DNA of 64,000 nucleotides from a virus (lineage: Duplodnaviria; Caudoviricetes), in IMG/VR virus record IMGVR_UViG_3300037067_011362, positions 3,281-67,280 of that record; one strand, 5' to 3'. Of the stretch, positions 19,515 through 28,471 are shown piece after piece. The notes under the pieces are model-generated. The model was not told the DNA's origin. It did no database searches and worked only from the letters and a program-made list of their open reading frames with translations. Position numbers and translations under genes: made by a program. Within the stretch, counting starts at the first letter, position 1, and every line of letters begins with the position of its first letter.

Positions 19515-21397
19515 CGACCAAACTTCTCGGCGAGACAATCGCGTATGACTTCGAGTGCAGGGACAGCTCCGGAGCGCTTTTCGATCCGGACGTGGCGCAA
19601 GTGTCGCTTGTAAAGGATCACAACGTAGACGATCCAACCGCGTCACTTTACGAGGACACTCTAACCTATCTCGGTTCTGAACCGCGCGACTCGCAGCTGG
19701 TTCGTTTGAGCGTCGGGAAGTTTCGGTTTTCATATGCCGTCGACCGTCTAGGAATATGGGCAATTCTTCCGCGCTGGACCGATCCTGATTTGCCAGCGGG
19801 CGGGATGGTGTCCTCGGGAACACCGATCATCATTCACGTGGTTCCGACGGAGCACACCTTCACCGACCGCGAAGCTCTGATACCTCCCGGCGGTGGCGAT
19901 CCGGTATCGGGGCCGTACGCCACCGCGACAACTGGCGGGATGCTCACAGATGTGATGGCGGCGCGGTTTGCGGGGCTTCCACTGAACTACTTCGTCGCGA
20001 ACTGGGCGATTGAGCACTGGTACATCAACGCGGCAACGGGCGACGATAGCAACGACGGGTCGGAGGCTCATCCTCTGGCCACGTCCGAGGAGCTCACGGC
20101 GAGGCTCGCGGTGTCGGTACCGATAGACCATCCCGTCACGGTCCACGTCGCACAAGGCTCCTACGGTACGCTGGCGGTGCGGGTGAGTCAGTCGACGCTG
20201 GCGTGCCCGTTTAGCTTCGCTGGGGAGGTCGCGTATACCGATATCGGGACAATCGCCAGCTATACCGATAGAGTGGCGGCGACCAACACGGCGGCGCACC
20301 TGGTCGCGTCGGGTGTGACGGATTGGGCGCCTCACGTCGGAAAGTTGGTCTTGGTGACCAGTGGGGCACAGACTGGCGCGGTGTGTGCAGTAGCCAAATC
20401 GAACCCTCACTCGGCAGGCATCGACGTCGCGAGAGTCTCCCAGTTCGCTCAATGGTCATCCTCGACCGCACTGCAATCCTCCTCGGTGTCTCCGGCGGCC
20501 GGATCGGGCCTGGCCCTGTTGACGTTGCCCCATATCGAAACCCTTGCTGTCTCGGCTGCTGCGCCGTGCAGCAACGTGGGCACGCCTATCGCGGATTGGG
20601 CAGCAATACGGTTGGGCAACTTGTCTCTCGGCATGGTGGACGCCTCGGCAACGAGTGGGGTAGCGGTAGATCGGTGCACTTTCCGCGCGTGGGCGGAAGC
20701 CCAATTCGCCGGAATCAGATTCAATACCGCGCAGCCGTGGATTTGTCGTAGTGTTGGGGACCTGAGAGCTAGCCAGTACCTACGACTATCCCGCATCGCT
20801 GCGAGGCACGTGCTGTTTCTCGGTACCGGTCCTTCGACGCTGAACGTGTCGGATCAGTCCGCCCTGACAAATGTCCTTTGTCAGGGCGTACGCACCCAGA
20901 TCGAGCAAAGCAGTATGTCCGATTCCGGAGCCTTCGACGCCTCCGGAGCCTCCGGCCACGGCGTCTCGGGCTCGAAGGTTTATGTCGGATATTGTCAGCT
21001 TTTCAACATTTACGGGAGAGATAACGCTCAGTACGGCGCACGCGTCCAAAGCGTCGGTAGAGTCTCTAGCCCTGTTGCCAATACTATTACCGGAGCTCTC
21101 GGCGACGTCGTAGCCGGGACGTCTCCGATCCCCTGGACCGCCTTGCCTTGGCAGGACGGCGAGCGCTCCGGAGAGGCAACGCTAGTAGCTGGCACGGTCG
21201 ATGTGACCGTGCCGTACGTGCTGAGCACACAGAAGATGGTCGCGGGCTACAAGACCTTCGGAGGCGCCACCGGGTCACTGCTCGCGAAGTACGTCGACGC
21301 AACGACAATCCGAATCGTGTCATCGAGTGCTACGGACACCAGTGATATCACCTGGCACATTCTCCCCGTCGGGGACAATGCGGTGATCAGAAGCTAG
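19511..21397 (+). CDS. Tailspike-like protein (Ig-like N-terminus, beta-helix)
   Basis: WYINAATGDDSNDGSEAHPLAT and VTVHVAQGSY are typical beta-helix entry motifs. ATG at 19511. Confidence 0.65.
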   Translation: MTTKLLGETIAYDFECRDSSGALFDPDVAQVSLVKDHNVDDPTASLYEDTLTYLGSEPRDSQLVRLSVGKFRFSYAVDRLGIWAILPRWTDPDLPAGGMVSSGTPIIIHVVPTEHTFTDREALIPPGGGDPVSGPYATATTGGMLTDVMAARFAGLPLNYFVANWAIEHWYINAATGDDSNDGSEAHPLATSEELTARLAVSVPIDHPVTVHVAQGSYGTLAVRVSQSTLACPFSFAGEVAYTDIGTIASYTDRVAATNTAAHLVASGVTDWAPHVGKLVLVTSGAQTGAVCAVAKSNPHSAGIDVARVSQFAQWSSSTALQSSSVSPAAGSGLALLTLPHIETLAVSAAAPCSNVGTPIADWAAIRLGNLSLGMVDASATSGVAVDRCTFRAWAEAQFAGIRFNTAQPWICRSVGDLRASQYLRLSRIAARHVLFLGTGPSTLNVSDQSALTNVLCQGVRTQIEQSSMSDSGAFDASGASGHGVSGSKVYVGYCQLFNIYGRDNAQYGARVQSVGRVSSPVANTITGALGDVVAGTSPIPWTALPWQDGERSGEATLVAGTVDVTVPYVLSTQKMVAGYKTFGGATGSLLAKYVDATTIRIVSSSATDTSDITWHILPVGDNAVIRS

Positions 21398-21911
21398 TAT
21401 CAAGCACGGACACTAGAACCGGAGATGGCTCGACTCGAACCATGAGAAGCAGGTCAAGAGTCGTCTCCGGATCGTGCGACTGGTCGCGGCTCCACCTAGT
21501 GGAAAATCTGATCATGCCGTTCATGACGCGCGATTCGCGAGCGGTGTAGATTCCGCGCCGAACCATGTCATCGTCGTTTGCGGAGGCTGACTGCGACCAA
21601 TCGAGCATGATGCCCTCGGCTCGGTCAACGCTTGGTCGATACATGTCAGCTACCGCGAGACCTTCACACCTCGGTGAATAGAGACCGAGGATCTTCATCG
21701 AGTCGCGAATCGAATCGTCGGAGAAGAGCCACGGCCAGCAGTGGCGACCGCGAATCAGGTCCGGAATCGTGGCATCGTCAGGGCCAGCGAGTGACCCTCT
21801 CCAGTGCTTGGATCCGTAAGCGCGCAGCTGTTGCCAGAGGCACCAGCGTGACTGGTCAGTTGGATCGCGCTCAGCCGTGAACGTGCAGCCCGGAACTTCG
21901 TGAATAAGCAT
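21387..21911 (-). CDS. Hypothetical protein
   Basis: Converges on the last structural gene; last ORF of the leftward block. Confidence 0.45.
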   Translation of the reverse strand: MLIHEVPGCTFTAERDPTDQSRWCLWQQLRAYGSKHWRGSLAGPDDATIPDLIRGRHCWPWLFSDDSIRDSMKILGLYSPRCEGLAVADMYRPSVDRAEGIMLDWSQSASANDDDMVRRGIYTARESRVMNGMIRFSTRWSRDQSHDPETTLDLLLMVRVEPSPVLVSVLDTSF

Positions 21912-21960
21912 CTTGAATTCTCCCTCCCCGTCGCCTCACCGCGGCGGGGATTTTGCGCGT

Positions 21961-22365
21961 CTACTCCACCACCCTCCCCCACATTCGCCCATCGCGTTCG
22001 CCCTGGACGATCCCGATCAGGGCATTGTCCTGTCCATAAACGGCTCCACCGAGAAACCCTTGGCGTGTCTCGACGGAAAGGTAGAACTGGGCGCCAATCG
22101 TTTCCTCGATGTATCCGAGCAGCTGGACCGACGAGTAGTCGTCTTCTCGGATTTCGTCAGGATCGAGCCCGACAACGCGGACTTCCTCTCCGAGCACCGG
22201 GAAACGTTTGGTAGGTTGCTCGCAATCCGGGTTCTCGCGATCCCCACCGCAGACGTCTGCCGATGTCTCGACGTTCGTGTCGGTGCAAACGTAGTGGCAA
22301 TAGCGGACGAGCTCGGGCTCGCAGGATGATAGGGTGAGTAGGAGTAGTGGGATATAGCGGGTCAT
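21961..22365 (-). CDS. Lipoprotein with degenerate trypsin-like C-terminal segment
   Basis: MTRYIPLLLLTLSSC lipobox; GFLGGAVYGQDNALIGIV resembles GDSGGPV..G.LIGIV. Confidence 0.55.
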   Translation of the reverse strand: MTRYIPLLLLTLSSCEPELVRYCHYVCTDTNVETSADVCGGDRENPDCEQPTKRFPVLGEEVRVVGLDPDEIREDDYSSVQLLGYIEETIGAQFYLSVETRQGFLGGAVYGQDNALIGIVQGERDGRMWGRVVE

Positions 22366-22504
22366 TGGGTACTCGCTGTGAAATTGTGGTCGCAGAAACT
22401 CGTCCCACAGCTGACGCGCATGAAGCACGGCAGACAAGGGCCGAGGCAGCACGGAGTGGGGGATGGAGGGTCCTCCCCCGTCGCGTCACTGGTGGGCGGG
22501 GCTG

Positions 22505-23010
22505 TCACGGAAGGACGAGACACCCATCCTGCTCCACCTGGTCTAGTGGGCACCCCATGGAGCAAGCGTACACACGCCGCGCCATGTCCCATGCGGAGTC
22601 GTCCTGCGGGTGCTGCCCGGGTAGCAGGTCGATCGTGATGGGCAGGTCGCGAGATTTCGGGCTGCGTCCGGGTAGCCCCCGGGCTAGCCGATAGCAGTGA
22701 TACACGACCCTCATGACTCGTCCTCGTCCAGATAGTCCCAGCCGGCCGCGGCCACCAGGTCGTGGATGATCTCCTCGTCGTCCCGGTCGTCGTCCGACTC
22801 CGGGCTACGCCAGTAGTCAGGGCCCAGGTGAGCGACCACCAGCTCCACCATGCGGCCACACCTATGCCGAGCGTCCGCGGTCTGGTAGGGCGTACCGTGC
22901 CACGACCCGTCGTCCCCCCGATACTCGATGGGGGATGAGGCCTCGGACAGATCGCACCGGGTGATGAGGGAGTCGAAAGCGAATCGCGTAACGTATGCTT
23001 GGGTTTCCAT
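22505..23010 (-). CDS. Two small early hypothetical genes (22711..23010, 22505..22714)
   Basis: Coupled by overlaps downstream of the duplicated genes. Confidence 0.55.
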
Positions 23011-23627
23011 TACGTGGTCTCCAATAGGGTGAGTAAATCCGCCAGTGACCGCTCGTAGTCGGCGGCTCCGACGGAGTAGGCTTCGTAGTTGACCGCAACC
23101 CCGGCGGCGTAGGCGGCGGTGTCGGAAGTGTAGGCGGCGGCGAAGTAGGCGGCGGAGTAGGCGTCGGCGGCGGAGTAGGCGGCTGCGGCGGCGGAGTAGG
23201 CGGAGTAGGCGGAGTAGGCGTCGGCGTCGGAGGCGTCGGCGGCGTCGGCGGCTGCGTCGTCGTAGGCGTCGGAGTAGGCGTCGGCGGCGGAGTAGGCGGC
23301 GGAGTAGGCGGCGCGCAGCTCGTTAGCCGATGCATCACCCCGCGCAAATCTCTCCGCCGCATCGCACGCTGCGACACTACGTGGGTCAGGCGCGGCTACC
23401 TGTGACAGGGCGCGCCGAGCCGATGCCACGGCAGCTAGACGCAGCACCCGGTCGGGTAGTCCCGTGGCGTAGCAGAGGGCCCAGTAGCGATCCTGCGGGG
23501 GTATGGGGATGGCTGCTACCTGGCGCGGGGAGAGCCCCTCGACGGGGATGAGGTCGGCGAGACGATCGTCAGAGTAGCAGGCGTGAGCGCCTCGAGCTGA
23601 GGCTCTCGTGAGTCGATATGCTGGCAT
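23010..23627 (-). CDS. Imm5-like domain protein with Ala/Tyr-rich repeat, paralog B
   Basis: DPRSVAACDAAERFARGDA motif followed by AAYSAA repeats. Confidence 0.7.
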   Translation of the reverse strand: MPAYRLTRASARGAHACYSDDRLADLIPVEGLSPRQVAAIPIPPQDRYWALCYATGLPDRVLRLAAVASARRALSQVAAPDPRSVAACDAAERFARGDASANELRAAYSAAYSAADAYSDAYDDAAADAADASDADAYSAYSAYSAAAAAYSAADAYSAAYFAAAYTSDTAAYAAGVAVNYEAYSVGAADYERSLADLLTLLETT

Positions 23628-23629
23628 GA

Positions 23630-24289
23630 TTACGGTGTCTCCAGTAGGGTGAGTAAATCCGCCAGTGACCGCTCGTAGTCGGCGTAGGCGGCGTCGTAGG
23701 CTGCGTAGTTGACCGCGACCCCGGCGGAGTAGTGGGCGGCGGAGTAGGCGGCGGAGGTAGCGGAGTAGGCGGAGGCGGAGGCGGCGTCGGAAGTGTAGGC
23801 GGCTGCGTGGTATACGATGGCAGTGGCGTTTGCGGCGTCGGCGGCGTCGTAGGCGTCGTAGGCGTAATCGGCGCGGTGCGCCTCGGCGGCGGCGTCGGCA
23901 ACTGCGTAGGCGGCGGTGGCCGCGGTGGCCGCGGCGGAGGCAACTGCGTAGGCGACGGAGGAGGCCTCTTCCATCTCCGTAGCTGACGCTTCCCCGCGGA
24001 CGTAGCGCTCCGCGACGTCGCAGGCCGCTACGATCCGCGGGTCTGGAGACGACATCTGCCCTAGGGCACGGCGTGCCGATGCCACGGCAGCTAGGCGCAG
24101 TGCCCGGTCGGGTAGTCCCGTGGCGTAGCAGAGGGCCCAGTAGCGATCCTGCGGGGGTATGGGGAGCGCCGCCACATCACGCGGGGAGAGCCCCTCGACG
24201 GGGATGAGGTCGGCGAGACGATCGTCAGAGTAGCAGGCGTGAGCGCCTCGAGCTGAGGCTCTCGTGAGTCGATATGCTGATTCTGGCAT
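23630..24289 (-). CDS. Imm5-like domain protein with Ala/Tyr-rich repeat, paralog A
   Basis: DPRIVAACDVAERYVRGEA motif; near-identical N- and C-termini to paralog B. Confidence 0.7.
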   Translation of the reverse strand: MPESAYRLTRASARGAHACYSDDRLADLIPVEGLSPRDVAALPIPPQDRYWALCYATGLPDRALRLAAVASARRALGQMSSPDPRIVAACDVAERYVRGEASATEMEEASSVAYAVASAAATAATAAYAVADAAAEAHRADYAYDAYDAADAANATAIVYHAAAYTSDAASASAYSATSAAYSAAHYSAGVAVNYAAYDAAYADYERSLADLLTLLETP

Positions 24290-24381
24290 GACGGGGTCTT
24301 TCGTTGAGGGAGCAGCTCGGCTCCAGTGCCGCCGGCTGCCCCTCACCGTAGTCAGGGGCAGGTTGGCGGGACGGGAGACTA

Positions 24382-24642
24382 TCAGCGAGCGGGGCCGGCC
24401 CACTCAGAGTGGCCACCAGCGACGGTGGTGATCTCGATGTCGTGGTGGGCTAGATACGGGCGGTCAGCCGCTACCGACGCGGCGTGCTCACGGGCCTCGG
24501 CGAGCGACGTCGTCGCGAACTGCGGCAGGCACTCGGCCCCGCTCGTGCTCGGGTAGAGTACGATGTGAGTGTGGGCTACCGTCACCGTGTGGGTGCGGCA
24601 GTCGTAGGTGGCAGCGCGACGGATGTTACGAAGGTCAATCAT
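24382..24642 (-). CDS. Small hypothetical, first gene of an early operon
   Basis: GGGAG RBS and a sigma70-like promoter upstream. Confidence 0.65.
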   Translation of the reverse strand: MIDLRNIRRAATYDCRTHTVTVAHTHIVLYPSTSGAECLPQFATTSLAEAREHAASVAADRPYLAHHDIEITTVAGGHSEWAGPAR

Positions 24643-24672
24643 GGTCTGTTTTTCTCCCTGCTGACAAGAATC

Positions 24673-24701
24673 AGTATAGGAGCATCGAGCTGGTATGCCA
24701 G
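24673..24701 (-). promoter_or_regulatory. Sigma70-like promoter CTGGCA-N17-TATACT
   Basis: 17-nt spacer; GGCATACCAGC box overlaps the -35. Confidence 0.65.
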
Positions 24702-24710
24702 CGGTATTTG

Positions 24711-24968
24711 CTAGCCCCCTGTCGATTTCTTGGATCGCCCTGATTTGCCGCCGATTCTCGCGACCTCCGCCAGCACTAGCCGCCAGATCGTGGCCCCTCC
24801 CGACTCGCCTGGACGCCTGACCGACTCCCAAATCGGCACATCCTCAGGGCGGACCCGGCGCTGGACGACTATCTCCCCCCGTGCGGCTCGCTGGGATTGG
24901 TCCCACTGCGTCCCGGAGGTGGAGCGAGGGGTAGTGGCTGTGGACGGAGCGGGGCGTCTCGGGGGCAT
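24711..24968 (-). CDS. Putative ribbon-helix-helix regulator (leaderless)
   Basis: IVVQRRV-helix-RPGES-helix topology; ATG 7 nt after a -10 box. Confidence 0.5.
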   Translation of the reverse strand: MPPRRPAPSTATTPRSTSGTQWDQSQRAARGEIVVQRRVRPEDVPIWESVRRPGESGGATIWRLVLAEVARIGGKSGRSKKSTGG

Positions 24969-24975
24969 CGTGGGA

Positions 24976-25004
24976 GGTCTAGCGCTGGTATGCCGGGGGG
25001 TCAA
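24976..25004 (-). promoter_or_regulatory. Sigma70-like promoter TTGACC-N17-TAGACC
   Basis: 17-nt spacer containing the same GGCATACCAGC box. Confidence 0.65.
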
Positions 25005-25023
25005 TGGGCGGTTTGGGGCGGAG

Positions 25024-25362
25024 TCAAGTCGGCGATTGTCGCTTGCGTCGGATCCAATCCTCTTGCTCGGGCGAGTCCGGCACCTTGCCCATTGTGTAGC
25101 AGCCGTGCGGAGCACCGGAAGGCTTTGGTTTGTCCGCCTCGAATTGCAAGTGCTTGGCCATCTCACGAAATCGCTTCGCCCAAGCCCCCGCCTTGGACGA
25201 CGCAGCGTCTACAGCTGATTGGGGATGCGCCGACTTGCTGATCCATGACGCCCCTAAAAACGAAACCGTCGCGATAAAATCATGCCCGTTCGCGGTAACG
25301 ACAGAGCACCGAAAGGGATCATCTGGCTCTGACTCCCACGATCGCTCAGAAGTCTTTCTCAT
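25024..25362 (-). CDS. Hypothetical protein downstream of the radical SAM gene
   Basis: ATG (MRKTSER) 22 nt after the radical SAM stop. Confidence 0.5.
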   Translation of the reverse strand: MRKTSERSWESEPDDPFRCSVVTANGHDFIATVSFLGASWISKSAHPQSAVDAASSKAGAWAKRFREMAKHLQFEADKPKPSGAPHGCYTMGKVPDSPEQEDWIRRKRQSPT

Positions 25363-25384
25363 GGGGGATTTGCAGAAGAACACG

Positions 25385-26806
25385 TCAACCACCAGCCACC
25401 TTCTTTCTAAACACTTCGGCAGATTTTGCGATTGCGGCTCTCTGGATCTGACCGTCCACGAAGTCCCACGGCATCGGCGTTCCAACAGCTAGACGCTTAA
25501 TGGTTAGCGCTGGCTCTCCAGTGATCATAATAGAGCCTTCCCTCCCGCTTCTGACCAGCGAGAGCGTTCGTTGGTTCTTCTTGTCGCTGCGTCCAGACAC
25601 GTGATCTATCTTTAGACCGTACGTCTTACTCAACCGTCTACGCAGTGACCACGACCATGCCCTGGCGTCTTCGCCTGCGGCCTCCCATTGCAGAGGGGTC
25701 CCCGGTTGAGGGAACAGCGGTTGCCATCGGATCTGAATCTGCCCTACGGTACGCGCCACCGTCAGCAGTGAGCGATCTATCGCTCGCAGCGCGTGGGCCA
25801 GTTCCTCGCACGAATCCGGGGTCTCACCAGGGAGACCCGCGATCATGTGCCACGCGATACGGGTACTCTTCACATCACGCTCGTGGAACCTAGAGAAAAG
25901 GCTCGCGGTTGCCTCGCATAGAAATTCGTTGGTGAGTCGCGGCTTCCCGATCGCAACACGAACACACTGAGTCGCCGCTTCTACTCCGAAGTTGTACTGC
26001 TTGTTGTAGTAGAGAGACCCAGCCGAATCGTACTCCTCGTCCATCGAAGCGGTACACCCCGTGTCTGTCTGGCCTGCCGCGGACATAGCTTTCCTGATCT
26101 CAACGATGTCCGGGTGGGCCTCCGCGTCGCAAGCTTGCAGGTGGACGCTAGGGATGCAGCGGATGGACTTTAGGATTTGCGCGGTGGAGTTGTGGCGCGG
26201 TTTACCCAACCACCCGAGGCCGCAAAACAGACACTTCTTGGGGCACCCGCGGGATATTTCCACGCGACACTGGTGGGCCGCAGCCGTCCCTCGCAAAGAA
26301 ACGGACACGTCGCGTGCGTAGCCGCGCACTAAGCGGTCCGTGCGTTCGTTGTGCTCGGTAGGAACGAACACGCCAGCCACGCGAGCCGCGAAGGACAGGA
26401 AAGCCGCTGTGTTGCCATGTTGCGCCCACAATCGCAGGAGATCAGGCAGCGAATCCTCGGCGTCCCCGAGCACGACCAGATCCACGAAGTCAGCAATCGG
26501 TAGCGGGTTGAATGTGCCTTGCCCTCCTGCCCACACGAAAGGATGAACGCCGAATTGTCTGTCCTTCGACATCGGTGGCACGCGATGACGACGTAGGGCC
26601 TTCGGGATCTGGAACATCGAAGCAAACTCGTGGACGCCCAGGAACAACGCGTCCGGATTCGTTTCGTCGCAAGAGAGGACGAGCCCGTGAGGCCTCCCGA
26701 TCTCAGCCACCAAATGAAGAGGGAAGGTAAGCCCCCCCTCCCCGTGGTGTCCTGTATTGGCTCGGAATGAATCCCAGGTACCGAGCGTGTCGGCGCGAGC
26801 TCTCAT
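25385..26806 (-). CDS. Radical SAM enzyme (COG1032/TIGR03960-like)
   Basis: EISRGCPKKCLFC CxxxCxxC motif, N-terminal WAGGQGTFNPLPIADFVDLVVLGDAE, FGVEAAT, MIAGLPGET, PQPGTPLQW, C-terminal PWD. Confidence 0.9.
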   Translation of the reverse strand: MRARADTLGTWDSFRANTGHHGEGGLTFPLHLVAEIGRPHGLVLSCDETNPDALFLGVHEFASMFQIPKALRRHRVPPMSKDRQFGVHPFVWAGGQGTFNPLPIADFVDLVVLGDAEDSLPDLLRLWAQHGNTAAFLSFAARVAGVFVPTEHNERTDRLVRGYARDVSVSLRGTAAAHQCRVEISRGCPKKCLFCGLGWLGKPRHNSTAQILKSIRCIPSVHLQACDAEAHPDIVEIRKAMSAAGQTDTGCTASMDEEYDSAGSLYYNKQYNFGVEAATQCVRVAIGKPRLTNEFLCEATASLFSRFHERDVKSTRIAWHMIAGLPGETPDSCEELAHALRAIDRSLLTVARTVGQIQIRWQPLFPQPGTPLQWEAAGEDARAWSWSLRRRLSKTYGLKIDHVSGRSDKKNQRTLSLVRSGREGSIMITGEPALTIKRLAVGTPMPWDFVDGQIQRAAIAKSAEVFRKKVAGG

Positions 26807-27486
26807 GCCGGCACCGCCACCAGGGCCTCCCGCTCCTTCAACCAGTACGGAGGAGCAATCGTGGAGTACCCCTGGGGAGAGTTACCCATGTCGAGCCCTG
26901 GTGTTTCCAAAGGAAGAGGACGCAGAGGAAGTCCACATTGCATTATAGGGAATCCTTCCCCCCATGTTTTTTTGGGTGACACCTCCCACTCTCGGACTCT
27001 GCCCTTCCCGCTACCCCGGTACTTCCCGAGGTAGTGGCAGCCGGACAGGATTGCTCGCACGCTCTCGATGTGTCCCAGCGCGTACCACGTCACCAGATCA
27101 TCTTTTGGTATCGCCAACTCCTTCTTCGCGAAATAGCTCTTGTCCTCCGCGACCGAGATATTGACTCTCGTGATCGATGCGTCTCCGAACCGTGCGTACT
27201 CGATCCATGGAGCACGACGCCCCATGATAAACTCGTCGTGTTCCTCGACCTCGAACTCTCCACTTGAGCAGAGGAAAAATCGACCACACGCGCTCTTTGC
27301 GATCGGGATATCAGGAAGTGGCCAATCCCGCGGATCTCCTTCGGGTTGAGCACTCACGCGCTGAGCGAGCAAGATCGCGAGAAGCGCGTCGAGTTGGGGG
27401 GCGCGCCTACCGGCGAACCCCTCACCCATCAGGCGGCACTTGACCACCATCGGTTCCGTCAGCTGTTCACTTGACCACGTAACCAT
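26803..27486 (-). CDS. csf3: Type IV CRISPR Cas5-group protein Csf3
   Basis: LDALLA N-terminus, WYALGHIESVRAIL, G-rich loop YLGKYRGSGKGRVREWEV, LRPLP, PPYW. Confidence 0.88.
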   Translation of the reverse strand: MVTWSSEQLTEPMVVKCRLMGEGFAGRRAPQLDALLAILLAQRVSAQPEGDPRDWPLPDIPIAKSACGRFFLCSSGEFEVEEHDEFIMGRRAPWIEYARFGDASITRVNISVAEDKSYFAKKELAIPKDDLVTWYALGHIESVRAILSGCHYLGKYRGSGKGRVREWEVSPKKTWGEGFPIMQCGLPLRPLPLETPGLDMGNSPQGYSTIAPPYWLKEREALVAVPA

Positions 27487-28463
27487 TGGGCAATGTCGTC
27501 CTTTCGCTCAGCAATGCGAGCCCGGAACAATGTTCCTACCATGCCAGCTAGGTCGTCCCCCAGGTCCTTCCCGATCTGTGGCTGAAGAGTGAAAGGAACC
27601 TGGTGTCCTTGAAGGAATGTCAACTTTCCGAAGCCCTCACGCCCCATTCCACCGACCCGAAAGTTGGAGATGAGACCAGCGAAGACGTAGTTGAAAGCAT
27701 CGAACTCCACGTCGTTGTATGTTCTCGCCTCGACCGCTCCCCAAAGCAGCGCCCCCGAGATGATGTGTTGAAACGACCTGGGCATCATGGTGGATTTGTG
27801 CTGCTTAGCCATCTTCGAATCCCCGGATTGGTGCGCTAGTTCCCGAAGCCGTTGCTTGTCGTATACAGCGATCTGTTCACCTTCCGAGAGCAGCTTGACC
27901 TTCTCTGGGACCAGCTCCGGATCCATGGTGACTCGTTGTGCTCGTGCAGTGAGTGGGCGCCACGAGCAAATGCCTTCGTTGTTCTGTTCCAACCACGCCT
28001 TAACCCACCGCGGCATAACGCCCAGGTTCTCGGTGCATATAAGGTTTAGTGCGTCCACGTTGATCTGTCCCGGCTTTGGACCGTTATCGATGCAACCACC
28101 GAACAGTGGAAGCACAGGGAAGATCGTGCAGAGCTCTCGCCATCGGTCGATATTGAGCACTGACGCGTCACCCTTCCCGGTGGTCGTCCCCCCGTTGAAC
28201 AAGAGTCGGAGAGCTCCTCGGGTCATGCCAGACGACTCCTTGAGAAGCCCAGCGGCGTCAAGGGTTAGAAGCATAGCTGCCTCGCGCAGCTTGTGTCGCA
28301 CCGAATTGCCGGTGACGGTTGGACGATGGACGATCTCCCCTCCTGGTCGACGCACCTTGGCGCGCATGATCATCGCCACATTCCCCACTGTTCCGCGGTG
28401 GTGAGCGATACCCTCTCCATCTGCCCGAACAATGAACTCATACCGTGTTTGCTGGAATCCCAT
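27459..28463 (-). CDS. csf2: Type IV CRISPR Cas7-group backbone protein Csf2
   Basis: TGNSVRHKLRE, LLFNGG, FPVLPLFGG, GQINVD, IISGALLWG, RVGGMGREGFGK. Confidence 0.93.
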   Translation of the reverse strand: MGFQQTRYEFIVRADGEGIAHHRGTVGNVAMIMRAKVRRPGGEIVHRPTVTGNSVRHKLREAAMLLTLDAAGLLKESSGMTRGALRLLFNGGTTTGKGDASVLNIDRWRELCTIFPVLPLFGGCIDNGPKPGQINVDALNLICTENLGVMPRWVKAWLEQNNEGICSWRPLTARAQRVTMDPELVPEKVKLLSEGEQIAVYDKQRLRELAHQSGDSKMAKQHKSTMMPRSFQHIISGALLWGAVEARTYNDVEFDAFNYVFAGLISNFRVGGMGREGFGKLTFLQGHQVPFTLQPQIGKDLGDDLAGMVGTLFRARIAERKDDIAQWLRGQVNS

Positions 28464-28471
28464 GATTGTTC

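Larger units (their letters stand above)
23010..24289. repeat. Tandem gene duplication (about 0.62-0.66 kb units)
   Basis: About 100 identical nt at 23524-23623 vs 24180-24279, and an identical GGGTGAGTAAATCCGCCAGTGACCGCTCGTAGTCGGCG near both 3' ends. Confidence 0.95.

Noticed and set aside
21913-22329. Plus-strand 138-aa ORF as a real gene
   Set aside because: It overlaps a minus-strand ORF with a clear lipoprotein signal that fits the local gene orientation.
23090-23960. CRISPR array from the GGCGGAGTAGGCG-type repeats
   Set aside because: The repeats are codon-periodic Ala/Tyr/Ser coding sequence with no constant repeat and unique spacer structure.
22862-23986. Pro/Thr-rich and Gly/Val-rich ORFs (22862..23377, 23569..23943, 23732..23986)
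   Set aside because: Shadow frames of the low-complexity Imm5-like genes.
23010-24289. Diversity-generating retroelement (TR/VR pair)
   Set aside because: Differences between the copies involve all bases rather than only adenines, both copies are intact genes, and no reverse transcriptase is present.
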